This document shows, in pieces, positions 11,225 to 21,520 of a DNA stretch of 64,000 nt (the first letter of the stretch is position 1; each line of letters begins with the position of its first letter). Position numbers and translations under genes: made by a program. The notes beneath the pieces were generated by a model, which worked only from the letters and a program-made list of their open reading frames with translations, was not told where the DNA came from and did not search any database. This DNA comes from Candidatus Tenderia sp. (GTDB lineage Bacteria; Pseudomonadota; Gammaproteobacteria; Tenderiales; Tenderiaceae): assembly GCA_031416075.1 (NCBI GenBank), contig JANOSY010000005.1, positions 32,912-96,911 on the forward strand. The letters are read 5' to 3'.

Positions 11225-11929
11225 CTACTCCGCCAATCCGGCAAAAACATGTTGCACATCGTCATCGGCATCGATGGCATCCAGAAACGCCTCCACCTCG
11301 GTCCGCTCTGCCTCACCAATGGTGACGGGGTTTTTCGGCCGGTAACCCTGCTGCGCGGACTGCACGGTAAAACCGTGAGCGGGCAGTGCCCGCGAAACCG
11401 CATCCAGATCCGTCAGGTCGGTATAAAAAAGTGTGGTGCCCTCCTCCTCTCCCGGCTCCAGATCCTGGGCACCCACTTCAATGGCAACCTCTTCCGGGTC
11501 GCTGCCTGCCACATCGGGCGTGGCTTCAATCATGCCCAGGTGGTCAAAATCCCAGGAGACCGACCCAGCCGCACCCAGCTGGCCTTTGCGAAACAGCACG
11601 CGCATGCTGGAGATGGTGCGGTTGACGTTGTCAGTGAGACACTCAACAATCACCGGCACTTGGTGGGGTGCAAACCCTTCGTAGGTGACCTTTTCATAAT
11701 TGACACCGGCATCCAGTAACCCGGCCCCTTTTTTGATAGCACGATCGAGTGTCTCTTTGGGCATGGAGGCCTTCTTGGCCTGCTCAACGGCCAGACGCAG
11801 GCGCGGGTTCATGTCGGGATCGGCACCATTACGCGCGGCGACGATGATCTCCTTGGCCAACTTGCCAAAGATGCGCCCCTTGGCATTTGCCGCGATCTCT
11901 TTATGTTTTACTTTCCACTGTGCACCCAT
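11225..11929 (-). CDS. YebC/PmpR family protein
   Basis: NPRLRLA, YEGFAP...[19 protein letters not shown]. Confidence 0.93.
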   Translation of the reverse strand: MGAQWKVKHKEIAANAKGRIFGKLAKEIIVAARNGADPDMNPRLRLAVEQAKKASMPKETLDRAIKKGAGLLDAGVNYEKVTYEGFAPHQVPVIVECLTDNVNRTISSMRVLFRKGQLGAAGSVSWDFDHLGMIEATPDVAGSDPEEVAIEVGAQDLEPGEEEGTTLFYTDLTDLDAVSRALPAHGFTVQSAQQGYRPKNPVTIGEAERTEVEAFLDAIDADDDVQHVFAGLAE

Positions 11930-11981
11930 GCCAAAACTCCTCTATGTCCATCCTGATGAACGCTGCTGTTGTGACAACGCC

Positions 11982-12863
11982 TTAACCATATAGTGGGGCC
12001 GCGCCCACTGGCCGTGTTCGAAAACGTTTATAACCCCACTGGTACTGGGCCGGAATCTGGCATATCGCCGCCTCAACCGCCTGATTAAGGGCCGTGACGG
12101 AGGTGAGTATATCGTCACTATAAATATCATCCGCCACCGGGCTGAAGTGCAGTACAAAACCACGGCTTCCGGAAAGCCGCTCTGCCCAGACACAGAGCAC
12201 TGTCGCCCCGCTTTTCTGCGCCAGACGTGACAATAGCGTCATGGTATTGGTCTGAACACCAAAAAAGGGGGCAAACTGGCCACCGTTCTCCCCCGGATCC
12301 TGATCGGGCAGGATACCGACCAACTCATTGTTTTTAAGCGCCTGATAGAGCACCCGTACACCTTTTGCATTGGTTGGGGCAAGTTTGGAGCCAAAACGCT
12401 CCCGGGAGTCGCGCAATACTTCATCCATCCCCGCCTGACGTGGTGGGCGATAGAGGTTGGTCATGGGATAACGTTGTGAGCAGTACGCGCCAATCAACTC
12501 CCAATTGCCCAGGTGAGGCGCTGCCAGAATCACCCCTTTGCCTCGCTCCAGCCCCGCTTTAAGCAGCGCCTCACCCTGAACCTCATACACCAGCTTCTCA
12601 ACCTGCTGCTGGCTACCATACCAGAGCGTGCCCGCCTCGCTGAAGGTTTTGCCCAGCTCAACCATAGACTGTTGCAGCAGCTGTTGCCGTTGACTCTCCG
12701 ACCGCTCCGGAAAACAGAGCGTCAAATTGGTACAGGCGGTACGCAGCTCCGTACGGTCACCACGCAGCGCCCGACGCCCACCAAACCCACCCATCGCGTG
12801 GTTAAGCCAAAGGGGCAGGTGGGCGCTCAGGCGCAACAATCGTTTAAACCAGACTGCTTTCAT
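11982..12863 (-). CDS. lipid A late acyltransferase (LpxL/HtrB family)
   Basis: PHLGNWE, ILPDQD, APFFG, PAQYQWGYKRFRT. Confidence 0.9.
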   Translation of the reverse strand: MKAVWFKRLLRLSAHLPLWLNHAMGGFGGRRALRGDRTELRTACTNLTLCFPERSESQRQQLLQQSMVELGKTFSEAGTLWYGSQQQVEKLVYEVQGEALLKAGLERGKGVILAAPHLGNWELIGAYCSQRYPMTNLYRPPRQAGMDEVLRDSRERFGSKLAPTNAKGVRVLYQALKNNELVGILPDQDPGENGGQFAPFFGVQTNTMTLLSRLAQKSGATVLCVWAERLSGSRGFVLHFSPVADDIYSDDILTSVTALNQAVEAAICQIPAQYQWGYKRFRTRPVGAAPLYG

Positions 12864-12990
12864 ACTATGAACAGAACCAAAAGTGAGGTGAGTGAATAGA
12901 CTTCATAACAATATTTTCGCTTAACTTGAGCGGTTTGGCGACTACCAACGCTATAATCGGCCCACTCATTTACTACAACGGTCACAAACA

Positions 12991-13446
12991 ATGGACACAA
13001 TTGAACTCTGGGTATCAAGCTACTGGTTCTGGTTTGGCATAGCAACGGTGCTGCTGGCGCTGGAGGCTGCCTTTGGTGGTTTTATGTTTCTGGCCACCAG
13101 CGTGGCCGCGTTAGCCATTGGCGGCGTCAGCCACTTCTATCCCCAATTGGGATTTACCATACTGCTACTCTTTTTTATGCTGCTCGCCAGCGCCACCCTC
13201 TACCTCACCAGCACATGGGTTGAGGCCCGCCAAGAGAAAAATCTCGAACTACAGCGCAGCGCCATCAATCAGCACTATCTTGGCCGCCAATTTGCCCTGA
13301 TGGACCCGATTCACAAAGGGCTAAGCAGCTTGAATATAGACGGCATTATCTGGCAACTGCGCGGTGATGACGCACCCGCAGGGACAAAAATGTCCGTTGT
13401 TTCTGTGGGCGACGGGTTTCTTGAGGTGGCAAAAATCAACTCTTGA
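12991..13446 (+). CDS. NfeD/YbbJ family membrane protein
   Basis: N-terminal TM helices plus C-terminal OB-like domain (IDGIIWQLRGDDAPAGT). Confidence 0.75.
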   Translation: MDTIELWVSSYWFWFGIATVLLALEAAFGGFMFLATSVAALAIGGVSHFYPQLGFTILLLFFMLLASATLYLTSTWVEARQEKNLELQRSAINQHYLGRQFALMDPIHKGLSSLNIDGIIWQLRGDDAPAGTKMSVVSVGDGFLEVAKINS

Positions 13447-14026
13447 TTGTCCCTTCCGCGCCACTCAGCAGGCGCTGGATGTTACTGCGATGACGCCACA
13501 CCAGCAGGATAGCCAGCGCCACCGTCATACTTAAAAAGGCTGAACCCGGCTCCGACTCCAGCAGCCACATATAGAGTGGCGCAAGCACAGCGGCAATTAA
13601 CGCCGCCAATGAAGAGATTTTCAACCCTTTGGCGATCACCAGCCAGGTGGCGGCGGCGGCAAGCGCCACCGGCCAGGCGATCCCCAGCAGCACCCCCATG
13701 GCCGTCGCCACCCCTTTACCCCCATGAAAACCAAAAAATATTGGGTAGAGATGGCCCAGAAACGCCGCCATGGCGGTGGCCGCCAGCACGGTATCATCAA
13801 CACCGGCAAGGCGCGCCACCAGCACCGGAATCAACCCTTTTAAAGAGTCACCCAGCAGTGTAATCGCCGCCGCCTTTTTGCCACCAAAACGCAATACATT
13901 GGTCGCACCAGGGTTGCGTGACCCTTCAGAACGGGGGTCTGGCAACCCCATCAATTTACAGGTAATAATGGCGGCAGAGAGCGAACCAAGCAGATAGGCA
14001 AATACAACCAGGGCGATATCAAGCAT
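13436..14026 (-). CDS. plsY: glycerol-3-phosphate acyltransferase
   Basis: AYLLGSL, GSRNPGATNVLR, GHLYPIF...GGKGVAT, RHRSNIQRL; divergent from folB. Confidence 0.96.
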   Translation of the reverse strand: MLDIALVVFAYLLGSLSAAIITCKLMGLPDPRSEGSRNPGATNVLRFGGKKAAAITLLGDSLKGLIPVLVARLAGVDDTVLAATAMAAFLGHLYPIFFGFHGGKGVATAMGVLLGIAWPVALAAAATWLVIAKGLKISSLAALIAAVLAPLYMWLLESEPGSAFLSMTVALAILLVWRHRSNIQRLLSGAEGTIKS

Positions 14027-14122
14027 AATAATCTTCAACAATTTGGACCATAACGGGGCGTAATCATACGGCAATTTGGCTGTCCGTGCGCCACCCTAAC
14101 CCTTCGGAAACATAAAAAACGT

Positions 14123-14479
14123 ATGGATATTATCTACCTCAATGACCTCTGCATCGACACGGTAATTGGCGTCTACGACTGGGAGCGGCGTGTTAAACAG
14201 AAGATCATTATCGATCTGGAGATGGCCACGGATATCCGTAAGGCCGCCGCCAGTGACAACCTTGACGATACACTCAACTACAAGGCGGTGGCCAAACGAC
14301 TCATCGATTTTGTTGGCCAAAGTGACTATGAGCTGGTGGAGACCCTGGCAGAACGTATCACCGAGATTGTATTAAATGAGTTCAACGTACCGTGGGTCAA
14401 ACTGCGCCTCAACAAACAGGGGGCGGTGCGGGGTGCCCGCGACGTCGGCATCATCATTGAACGTGGCAACCGCTACTGA
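14123..14479 (+). CDS. folB: dihydroneopterin aldolase
   Basis: IGVYDWER, LNYKAV, LVETLAE, VGIIIERG. Confidence 0.97.
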   Translation: MDIIYLNDLCIDTVIGVYDWERRVKQKIIIDLEMATDIRKAAASDNLDDTLNYKAVAKRLIDFVGQSDYELVETLAERITEIVLNEFNVPWVKLRLNKQGAVRGARDVGIIIERGNRY

Positions 14480-14988
14480 TGGCACGTATCTACATCAGCG
14501 TTGGCAGCAATATTGAGGCGGCACTTAACATACGCTCTGCCATCACCGCCCTGCGGCAATATTATGGCGAGCTGATCCTGTCGCGGGTCTTTGAAAGCGA
14601 GGCAGTCGGCTTCAGCGGTGACAATTTTTACAATCTGGTGGTGGGGTTTGACAGCAACAATACGCTGCCACAAGTGGCTGCCATGCTTCGCCAGATCGAA
14701 GATGAACATGCCCGCGACCGTCAGGGGCCTCGTTTCAGTGCCCGTACCATCGATCTCGACCTGCTGCTTTATGACAACGTGGTGGATAACAGCAACGGTC
14801 TGAACGTGCCCCGTGACGAGATCATCGAAAACGCCTTTGTATTACAACCGCTGGCCGAAGTGGCGGGCAGCCTGATTCATCCACTGCTGCAACAGACGAT
14901 GGGTGAGCTATGGCAAGATTTTGATCAACAACGACAGCAGCTTTGGCCCATTGAATTTGAGTGGCACGGCGATACACGTCGCTCTTAA
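14479..14988 (+). CDS. folK: 2-amino-4-hydroxy-6-hydroxymethyldihydropteridine diphosphokinase
   Basis: [33 protein letters not shown]. Confidence 0.95.
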   Translation: MARIYISVGSNIEAALNIRSAITALRQYYGELILSRVFESEAVGFSGDNFYNLVVGFDSNNTLPQVAAMLRQIEDEHARDRQGPRFSARTIDLDLLLYDNVVDNSNGLNVPRDEIIENAFVLQPLAEVAGSLIHPLLQQTMGELWQDFDQQRQQLWPIEFEWHGDTRRS

Positions 14989-15380
14989 CGCGCCTTGAAT
15001 TTAAGTGAGGCGGAATTGATGCAGTAACGCTGCCCGGTAGGATCAGGCCCATCGTTAAACAGGTGCCCCAGATGGGCCTCGCAGGCGGCACAGCGGACCT
15101 CGGTGCGACGCATGCCGTGGCTCTCATCAAACAGCTCGGCAATCTCTGACACTGCCGCTGGCTGCCAAAAGCTGGGCCAGCCGCTGCCTGAGTCAAACTT
15201 GTGGTCCGAGTCAAAGAGTGGCGCGCCACAACAGAGGCAGTGGTAGCTGCCGGCGCTTTTATTGTCGGTATATTCGCCGGTAAACGCCATCTCAGTCCCC
15301 GCCTGGCGGGTGATGCGGTACTGGTCGGGGGTCAGCAGTGTGCGCCACTCGGCATCGGTTTTAACGGTTTTATCACTCAT
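14985..15380 (-). CDS. msrB: peptide-methionine (R)-S-oxide reductase
   Basis: GSGWPSF, HLGHLF, RYCINS; two CxxC. Confidence 0.97.
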   Translation of the reverse strand: MSDKTVKTDAEWRTLLTPDQYRITRQAGTEMAFTGEYTDNKSAGSYHCLCCGAPLFDSDHKFDSGSGWPSFWQPAAVSEIAELFDESHGMRRTEVRCAACEAHLGHLFNDGPDPTGQRYCINSASLKFKAR

Positions 15381-15406
15381 AACTACCCTCTGGGTATGAC
15401 CAAGGT

Positions 15407-15610
15407 TCAGGCTGGCATGTCGGGAATCAGCAGGCTTTTCAGTTTGGCAATGCTGTCTTTAAGTTGCAGCTTGCGTTTTTTCAAACGCCGCAGTCGCAAC
15501 TGGTCGTAACCGGGGTCCTCTACAAGCTTTTGAATGGCTATATCGAGGTCCCGATGCTCCAACTTCATCGCTACGATGCGTGCTTTAATGGCTTCAATCT
15601 CTTCACACAT
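15407..15610 (-). CDS. YdcH/DUF465 family small coiled-coil protein
   Basis: EHRDLD...[13 protein letters not shown]...LIPD pattern. Confidence 0.85.
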   Translation of the reverse strand: MCEEIEAIKARIVAMKLEHRDLDIAIQKLVEDPGYDQLRLRRLKKRKLQLKDSIAKLKSLLIPDMPA

Positions 15611-15650
15611 GGTCACCTGCCACAACGTTGAACTGAAGATACCTTATGCC

Positions 15651-16145
15651 TTAGTGCGCAGATCCGCAACACTGCTTATATTTGCGGCCACTACCACAGG
15701 GACAAGGGTCATTACGACCGATCTTAACAGGCTTTGTCTCTGTTTGGCGCTGGCCATCGACATAAAACCAGCGCCCCTGCTCATAGAGGAAGCGGCTGCG
15801 TTCACGCAGCTGTTCAATACGCCCGAACAGCGAAAAGCGGGCACTGAACTCCACCCAACCTTCGCCCCTGATCGATGCAGTATCAGGGGCTGGCGCATCC
15901 GTAATCGTTAGCCCCAGCCACTGCATTGCAGGTGTCAGATCAAGCTCGGTGGGCCGTGTGCTGACGTGCCAGCTCTGACAAAGATAGTGATCGTTCAGCA
16001 GTACATAGGCGCTGTAGCGCGAACGCATCAGCTGTTCCGGCGTTGTCGCCATGGCACCGCCACTATGCAGCGCGCCACAGCAGTCTCCGTAGGGTAGTCC
16101 CAGACCACACGGACAAACCTCGTCGTCCATCAACTCAACGGCCAT
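15651..16145 (-). CDS. YchJ family protein with SEC-C motifs
   Basis: CPCG...[43 protein letters not shown]. Confidence 0.93.
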   Translation of the reverse strand: MAVELMDDEVCPCGLGLPYGDCCGALHSGGAMATTPEQLMRSRYSAYVLLNDHYLCQSWHVSTRPTELDLTPAMQWLGLTITDAPAPDTASIRGEGWVEFSARFSLFGRIEQLRERSRFLYEQGRWFYVDGQRQTETKPVKIGRNDPCPCGSGRKYKQCCGSAH

Positions 16146-17043
16146 GGTTTGCCACCTCTTTAAACAGTTGTGCCAACCGCTGCGTGGCGGGACCCGTCGC
16201 CCCACTCCGCCCAAACACCAGATGCATCAACCCTAACTTTCGCCCCCCTTCACGCAGGGGCAGCGGTACGAGTATGCCTTGCGCCAGCTCTGTCTCTATC
16301 TGATGCTGTGGCAACCAGCTAAACCCTAGGCCGCTGCTCACGGCCACCACTGCGGTTTCGATACTGCTGACTGTCCAGCGGTACTCTGACCCGAGCCAGC
16401 CGCTGCTGCGGTTGAGATAAAGTCCCGAGTCGCGGATCACCACCTGCAGCTCCCGTCTCAGCAGTTCGGTGGTGAGCGGCTCTGCACTGCGATGCAACGG
16501 GTGGTCACGGTGGGCAACGGCGATAAACTCCACCTCCAGCAGTGGGTCTCCGAGAAACCCTTGCGGCACTTGCGAGGCCACCACCAGATCTGCCCGCCCC
16601 TCCAGCAGCGCCTCATCGGCCCCCGAGAGCACCACCTCCTCCAGCCGCACATGGGTGTTGGGGCAGTCTGAGGCAAACTGTTTGAGTACCTGCATCAAGG
16701 TGCTACTGGGGTAAGCAGCATCCACCACCAATACCACCTCCGCCTCCCACCCCTGTTCCAGGCTATGGGCCAGCTGCTCCAGCTCCGCCGCGTCCCCCAG
16801 TAGTTGCCGTGAGCGGCGCAACAGCGTCTCCCCCATTTTGGTCAACTCCGCCTTGCGCCCCTGAATCTCCAGCAGTGGCACCCCCAGCTGCGCCTGGAGT
16901 TTGGCCACGGCATAACTGACGGCGGACTGGCTACGGTGGAGTCGCTCTGCCGCCTGTGCATATCCACCCGCATCCACCACGGCCTGCAGAATCCGCCATT
17001 GGTCGAGGGTAGTACGGGGGGCTTTGATGGCTGATCTATTCAT
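16135..17043 (-). CDS. LysR family transcriptional regulator
   Basis: N-terminal HTH ([14 protein letters not shown]); divergent from the doxX-pirin cluster. Confidence 0.95.
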   Translation of the reverse strand: MNRSAIKAPRTTLDQWRILQAVVDAGGYAQAAERLHRSQSAVSYAVAKLQAQLGVPLLEIQGRKAELTKMGETLLRRSRQLLGDAAELEQLAHSLEQGWEAEVVLVVDAAYPSSTLMQVLKQFASDCPNTHVRLEEVVLSGADEALLEGRADLVVASQVPQGFLGDPLLEVEFIAVAHRDHPLHRSAEPLTTELLRRELQVVIRDSGLYLNRSSGWLGSEYRWTVSSIETAVVAVSSGLGFSWLPQHQIETELAQGILVPLPLREGGRKLGLMHLVFGRSGATGPATQRLAQLFKEVANHGR

Positions 17044-17100
17044 AATTTAGATAAATATACGCTATTTTTTGCGCTTTTATATCAGATAATATGACCCATA
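17030..17100. promoter_or_regulatory. probable LysR operator / divergent promoter region
   Basis: Short AT-rich intergenic region between divergent genes with T-N11-A-type dyads; exact box not resolved. Confidence 0.4.
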
Positions 17101-17138
17101 ATAGCTAAACACTCAACCAACAGCTCAGGAGAACACAG

Positions 17139-17555
17139 ATGGATAGATATACAACACTACTCGGCCGCCTGTTAATAGCGCCCATATTTATCATCGCCGC
17201 CATTGGTAAGATTGGTGGCTACACCGCCACACAAGGGTGGATGGAGACCATGGGGGTGCCTGGCATACTGCTGCCCGCAGTCATCTTGCTGGAGCTTGGC
17301 GGCGGACTGGCACTGCTATTTGGCTGGCAGGCACGGACAGCCGCCGGGTTGCTGGCTGGATTCACTATTGTGGCGGCGGCTATTTTTCACAACAACCTTA
17401 CTGACCAGATACAGTCGCTGATGTTCATGAAAAATCTGGCCATCGCCGGTGGCCTGCTGTTTATCACGGCCCACGGCGCGGGGAGACTGAGCATTGATGC
17501 CCGCCGCCAACCACAGCCGCAAGATAACCACACACGCAGCGCCTCCTTGGTCTAA
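17139..17555 (+). CDS. DoxX family membrane protein
   Basis: LLGRLLIAPIF, ELGGGL, FMKNLAIAGGLL, GAGRLSID; AGGAG RBS. Confidence 0.92.
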   Translation: MDRYTTLLGRLLIAPIFIIAAIGKIGGYTATQGWMETMGVPGILLPAVILLELGGGLALLFGWQARTAAGLLAGFTIVAAAIFHNNLTDQIQSLMFMKNLAIAGGLLFITAHGAGRLSIDARRQPQPQDNHTRSASLV

Positions 17556-17589
17556 ACTTTTACCTTTTTATCACCAAGGAAAATCACAA

Positions 17590-17826
17590 ATGGCACTTTA
17601 CGACAAAGGCAGTCCCCACAAAATCACACTCAACGCTGGTGACAGCGCCCGCCTCTGCATGTGTGGCAAAACCGGTCGTGAACCCTTTTGTGACGGCTCC
17701 CACTTCAACAGCAGCCCGCCTATCCAGCCGATGAAGTATGAGGCAAAAGAGGATACCACCCTGCGGGTATGCGGCTGTGGCAAGAGCAAAAATCTGCCCT
17801 ATTGTGACGGCAGCCACAACGATTAA
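17590..17826 (+). CDS. CDGSH iron-sulfur protein, two CDGSH motifs (MiNT/CISD3-like)
   Basis: CMCGKTGREPFCDGSH and CGCGKSKNLPYCDGSH; AAGGA RBS before ATG 17590. Confidence 0.93.
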   Translation: MALYDKGSPHKITLNAGDSARLCMCGKTGREPFCDGSHFNSSPPIQPMKYEAKEDTTLRVCGCGKSKNLPYCDGSHND

Positions 17827-17900
17827 CCCCTTTTGCAGCCCCCCCTCCCGCCATCAGGCAGTGGGGGCATGAGAGGGAGAGATAAAAGGAGAGACTCTTC

Positions 17901-18626
17901 ATGATCAGCAAATACCCCGCACAGCAAATGGAGGAGGGGGCGGGTGTCGCCATCGCGCGCCTGATGCCCATCGCCAGTTTTCGTAACTATGACCCCATTG
18001 TTTTGTGGGATGATTTCACCATCACCCCTGGCAACGGCTTTCCTGAACACCCACACCGCGGCTTTGAGGGGCTGACCTATCTCTTCAGCGGCTCCGTCAA
18101 ACATAGCGATAACCTTGGCAACAGCTCCACCGTTAAAGCGGGGGGCGCACAACGGTTTACCGCCGGGCGCGGGATAACCCATTCAGAGATGCCAAACGAT
18201 AGCACTGCCACCCGTGGCATTCAGCTCTGGATCAATCTGCCCAAACGGCTTAAACAGAGCGACCCCAGCTATCAGCAGGTGAATGACGGCGACTTCCCGG
18301 TTCAGATGTTTGAAGGGGGGCAGATTAAAACCATCGTTGGAACCGACTCACCGCTACAACTATTAACCGCGGTACGTTATGCCCATATCCAAATGGATGC
18401 CAACGCCCACTATAGCGAGACCATTGCCCCGCAGATGCGTGGATTGCTCTATGTTGTGGAGGGGGCCATAAAGATCAACGGTATGCGTTATGCTCAGGCC
18501 GAGGCCGCCCTCATCGATAGTGAAGCAGTGGTCCATATCCAGGCAGAGATGGCCAGCCAGCTAATGCTCTGCCTTGGCGTGCCACACGGCGAACCTATTT
18601 TCCAGCACGGCCCATTTGTCGACTAA
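17901..18626 (+). CDS. pirin family protein
   Basis: GFPEHPHRGFE, HSDNLG, AGRGITHSE, QLWINLP. Confidence 0.95.
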   Translation: MISKYPAQQMEEGAGVAIARLMPIASFRNYDPIVLWDDFTITPGNGFPEHPHRGFEGLTYLFSGSVKHSDNLGNSSTVKAGGAQRFTAGRGITHSEMPNDSTATRGIQLWINLPKRLKQSDPSYQQVNDGDFPVQMFEGGQIKTIVGTDSPLQLLTAVRYAHIQMDANAHYSETIAPQMRGLLYVVEGAIKINGMRYAQAEAALIDSEAVVHIQAEMASQLMLCLGVPHGEPIFQHGPFVD

Positions 18627-18658
18627 ACGGATGTTCAACCCACCAAAAGGAGTATCAC

Positions 18659-19252
18659 ATGACCAACATTGCCATTGTTTACCATAGCGGCTACGGCCAC
18701 ACCCAAAAACAGGCCGAAGCCATTCACGCCGGTGCAGCCGCTGTTGCCGATATCAGCGCCAACCTGCTGGCCATCAACAGTGAAGGTGAATTAACAGCGG
18801 CCGACTGGCACACCCTGGCCACCGCCAATGGTGTGATCTTTGGCTCCCCCACCTACATGGGCAGCGTCTCCTGGCAGTTTAAAAAGTTTGCCGATGCCAG
18901 TAGCAAGGACTGGATCAAGCAAACATGGAAGGACAAAATAGGGGCCGGATTTACCAATTCAGCCTCCATGAATGGCGACAAAGAGCTCGCCCTGCATTAT
19001 CTTTTCACCCTGGCGATGCAACACTCAATGGTCTGGGCAGGCACCGGCATGCTGCCCTCCAACAACAAGGCAGCACAACGCAACGACATCAACTATCTCG
19101 GATCATCCAGTGGTTTGATGGCCCAGTCACCCTCCGACGCCAGCACCACCGAAGGGCCGCTGCCGGGCGACCTTGAAACTGCACGACTGTTTGGTAAGCG
19201 CATTGCAGAGGTTACAAAGCGCTGGAGCGCCAACACTACCAGCCACGTATAA
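18659..19252 (+). CDS. flavodoxin / WrbA-like NAD(P)H:quinone oxidoreductase
   Basis: YHSGYGHT, FGSPTYMG, WKDKIGAGFT. Confidence 0.92.
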   Translation: MTNIAIVYHSGYGHTQKQAEAIHAGAAAVADISANLLAINSEGELTAADWHTLATANGVIFGSPTYMGSVSWQFKKFADASSKDWIKQTWKDKIGAGFTNSASMNGDKELALHYLFTLAMQHSMVWAGTGMLPSNNKAAQRNDINYLGSSSGLMAQSPSDASTTEGPLPGDLETARLFGKRIAEVTKRWSANTTSHV

Positions 19253-19280
19253 ACGCAAAATCAATCCGTGTAAAAACGAA

Positions 19281-19315
19281 AAAACCCGGAAGCCTGTTCC
19301 AGGCCTCCGGGTTTT
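19281..19315. terminator. bidirectional intrinsic terminator
   Basis: AAAACCCGGAAGCCTG-TTC-CAGGCCTCCGGGTTTT hairpin between convergent genes. Confidence 0.75.
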
Positions 19316-19363
19316 CCATATTCACCGCAGCGACAGAGTCACTGTCTCTGTTAGCTCAATCGA

Positions 19364-20269
19364 TTATCCCGTAACCTGCTGGATCCCCTCCAGCTGCCAA
19401 TTAGCACTGTTGCGTGCCTTAACAAAGTGCCACACCTCATCCACATGGATATTATTGCCATCCTCACGCAGCTCGGCCTTGAACAGTACAATCGCCTCCT
19501 GCTTGGAGCCAAGGTCATTGGCGCTGAGCAATTCAGCATTCAGATCAACCACTTCCGTCTCTGAACTGCCGTTGCGGCTATGAAACTGATCCTGAATTTC
19601 ACCAAACACATGGTCAGTAGTGAACTGGCGAATGTCAGCCAGATCCCCCTCATCCCACGACTTTTGCAGCCGCACAAAACAGTTTTTGGCACCATCAACA
19701 AACGCGGCCTGATCAAACCCCTTGGGTACCGCACTGCGCAAACCATCCAGGCTTGGGCCTTCGCTGACACTTTCGCTGTTATTGTTATAACGCTGCTCAC
19801 TGACCTGATCAGGCTGATGGGGAGTCTCCTGCTCATTGTGGGCACTGTAGTGATTATTGGCCGTTGCCGCAGCGGGCTGGGGCTGCTGGCGGGCACGGCT
19901 GGCCATAAATTTATAGATCAGGAACGCAACCAGCCCAAACAGCAGTACATCCATAAAGTTGATGCCATCAAACGCACCACCAAAAAAGAGTGCGCCCAGC
20001 AATCCACCCAGGGCGAGACCACCCAGAATGCCCATCAACCCCCCTTTTTTAGCAAACGACTGCTTGAGGTTTGAGTTTGTCTGCTGTGCAGCAGTCGCTT
20101 TTTGAGGTTGATTAGCGGTGGCGTTACGATTAACACTTTGGCTCTGATTGAATTTGCCACCAAAGGATTTGCCTCCGCCCATCCGTTTTGCCTCAGCGAC
20201 ATCCATGCCCGTGACAAACAACCCGATAGCTGCGGTCATGGCGATTAACAACGTTAAAATTGATTTCAT
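19364..20269 (-). CDS. Tim44-like domain protein
   Basis: AEAKRMGGGKSFG N-terminus, TM hairpin, F.RLQKSWD...EVWHF...WQLEGIQQ. Confidence 0.9.
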   Translation of the reverse strand: MKSILTLLIAMTAAIGLFVTGMDVAEAKRMGGGKSFGGKFNQSQSVNRNATANQPQKATAAQQTNSNLKQSFAKKGGLMGILGGLALGGLLGALFFGGAFDGINFMDVLLFGLVAFLIYKFMASRARQQPQPAAATANNHYSAHNEQETPHQPDQVSEQRYNNNSESVSEGPSLDGLRSAVPKGFDQAAFVDGAKNCFVRLQKSWDEGDLADIRQFTTDHVFGEIQDQFHSRNGSSETEVVDLNAELLSANDLGSKQEAIVLFKAELREDGNNIHVDEVWHFVKARNSANWQLEGIQQVTG

Positions 20270-20467
20270 CTACTTTCCCCGATCCATTTCAATTAAACCC
20301 GTGGCACATTTTACACTAGATTGACATTTTTTCCCGGCCCGGTTGACCAGTGCCTAACCGAATCCAAAAACAAAGCTTACTTATTGATAAATAAAATAAT
20401 TTTTTACTCAAAAACTGAAGACAGATATTTTCCATGCGTTGCTGGAGATTAGACGTGAACCAGAGTG

Positions 20468-21028
20468 TCACTCTGATTCGCTGGCCTCGACGGGGGCAGT
20501 AAAGTGCCGGGAGGGGCCGCGGGGGCCACCCTTTTTCTGGGGCAGGCTGAACCAATCCTCTCGGGTAATTTCATGAAAATAGTCCGCCTCATCCACCAGC
20601 AGTCGTGAGGTGGTGCGCGGCACGGCGGCAATCTCTACCCTCACCCCTTCTGATTTCAGGTGACGCACCAGCTCAACATAGTCGGAGTCACCTGACATGA
20701 TGATGATGGTATCGACCTTACTGGCCAGCTGGGTGGCGTTGATGGTCAGGGGGATGTCTGCCGACTTGTGGCAGGGGCGTACTGAGCCATGAAAGTTATT
20801 ATGCAGCCGCTCCTGAAGTTTTGCGGAGATGTGTTTTCCTTCACGAAAGTAGATCAACCGGTTGAGTCCGCGATTCCCCAGCAGTCGCGGGATCAAGGTA
20901 TCAAAATTGAGCATGGTCTGTGTATCACCCGCCTCGTCATGAATGCTGCGCTCGAGATTATTACCGTCGACCAGTATGGCAATTGATTGGCTGATGACGA
21001 TATCCAGCGATGGGCGTGACGGCTGCAT
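20468..21028 (-). CDS. NYN domain (LabA/DUF88, PIN-like) protein
   Basis: ILVDGNN, KSADI, MSGDSDY, ADYF. Confidence 0.9.
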   Translation of the reverse strand: MQPSRPSLDIVISQSIAILVDGNNLERSIHDEAGDTQTMLNFDTLIPRLLGNRGLNRLIYFREGKHISAKLQERLHNNFHGSVRPCHKSADIPLTINATQLASKVDTIIIMSGDSDYVELVRHLKSEGVRVEIAAVPRTTSRLLVDEADYFHEITREDWFSLPQKKGGPRGPSRHFTAPVEASESE

Positions 21029-21138
21029 GAAGCTTCCTTATATGGTGTAACAACAACCCTTAAGTGATAGTAAAAAACTAAAATTCAAGCGGGGAGGAGG
21101 TGAAATGTCTGTAATAACAGAGAGGGTTTTGCAATACA

Positions 21139-21173
21139 GGGTAAAACCTGCCCAGACCGGGCAGGTTTTACCC
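21139..21173 (-). terminator. GC-rich hairpin, probable terminator of the 58-aa ORF
   Basis: Perfect 15-bp inverted repeat GGGTAAAACCTGCCC-AGACC-GGGCAGGTTTTACCC, 7 nt past the stop at 21181; no clear U-tail. Confidence 0.55.
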
Positions 21174-21180
21174 ATAGCAG

Positions 21181-21357
21181 CTAGCTACCCTTCATCTGAC
21201 GACTGACAGGTGTCTGAGCGAGGTAAGGGGGGATTCGTGAAGCTGAGTTATCAACCGGGGCACTCTCAAAGGAACCCACCACACCAGCGCTATTTTTTTT
21301 GCCGGTGAAAGAGTAACTGCTTTTGCAAAAACCTGAGTAATTGTAGCTGTTTTTCAT
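21181..21357 (-). CDS. unannotated 58-aa small protein
   Basis: MKNSYNYSGFCKSSYSFTGKKNSAGVVGSFESAPVDNSASRIPPYLAQTPVSRQMKGS*; AGGAAG RBS upstream, hairpin downstream. Confidence 0.55.
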   Translation of the reverse strand: MKNSYNYSGFCKSSYSFTGKKNSAGVVGSFESAPVDNSASRIPPYLAQTPVSRQMKGS

Positions 21358-21520
21358 TTATATCGCTTCCTAGGGTAGATGTTGATGGATCTGGGCCAAC
21401 TACACCACGCCCCGGCCAAGGGAGTAATACCTTAGCACCTCTTTAAGAGGCTGACTATAGCGATGTTGGGACAAGTTTGAGATCACCAACATTTTAAATT
21501 TTTCTTTATATTACATGGGA

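Noticed and set aside
20468-21028. NYN gene as a toxin-antitoxin or defence module
   Set aside because: Stand-alone LabA/DUF88 genes are common; the upstream small ORF is separated by a strong hairpin and does not resemble an antitoxin
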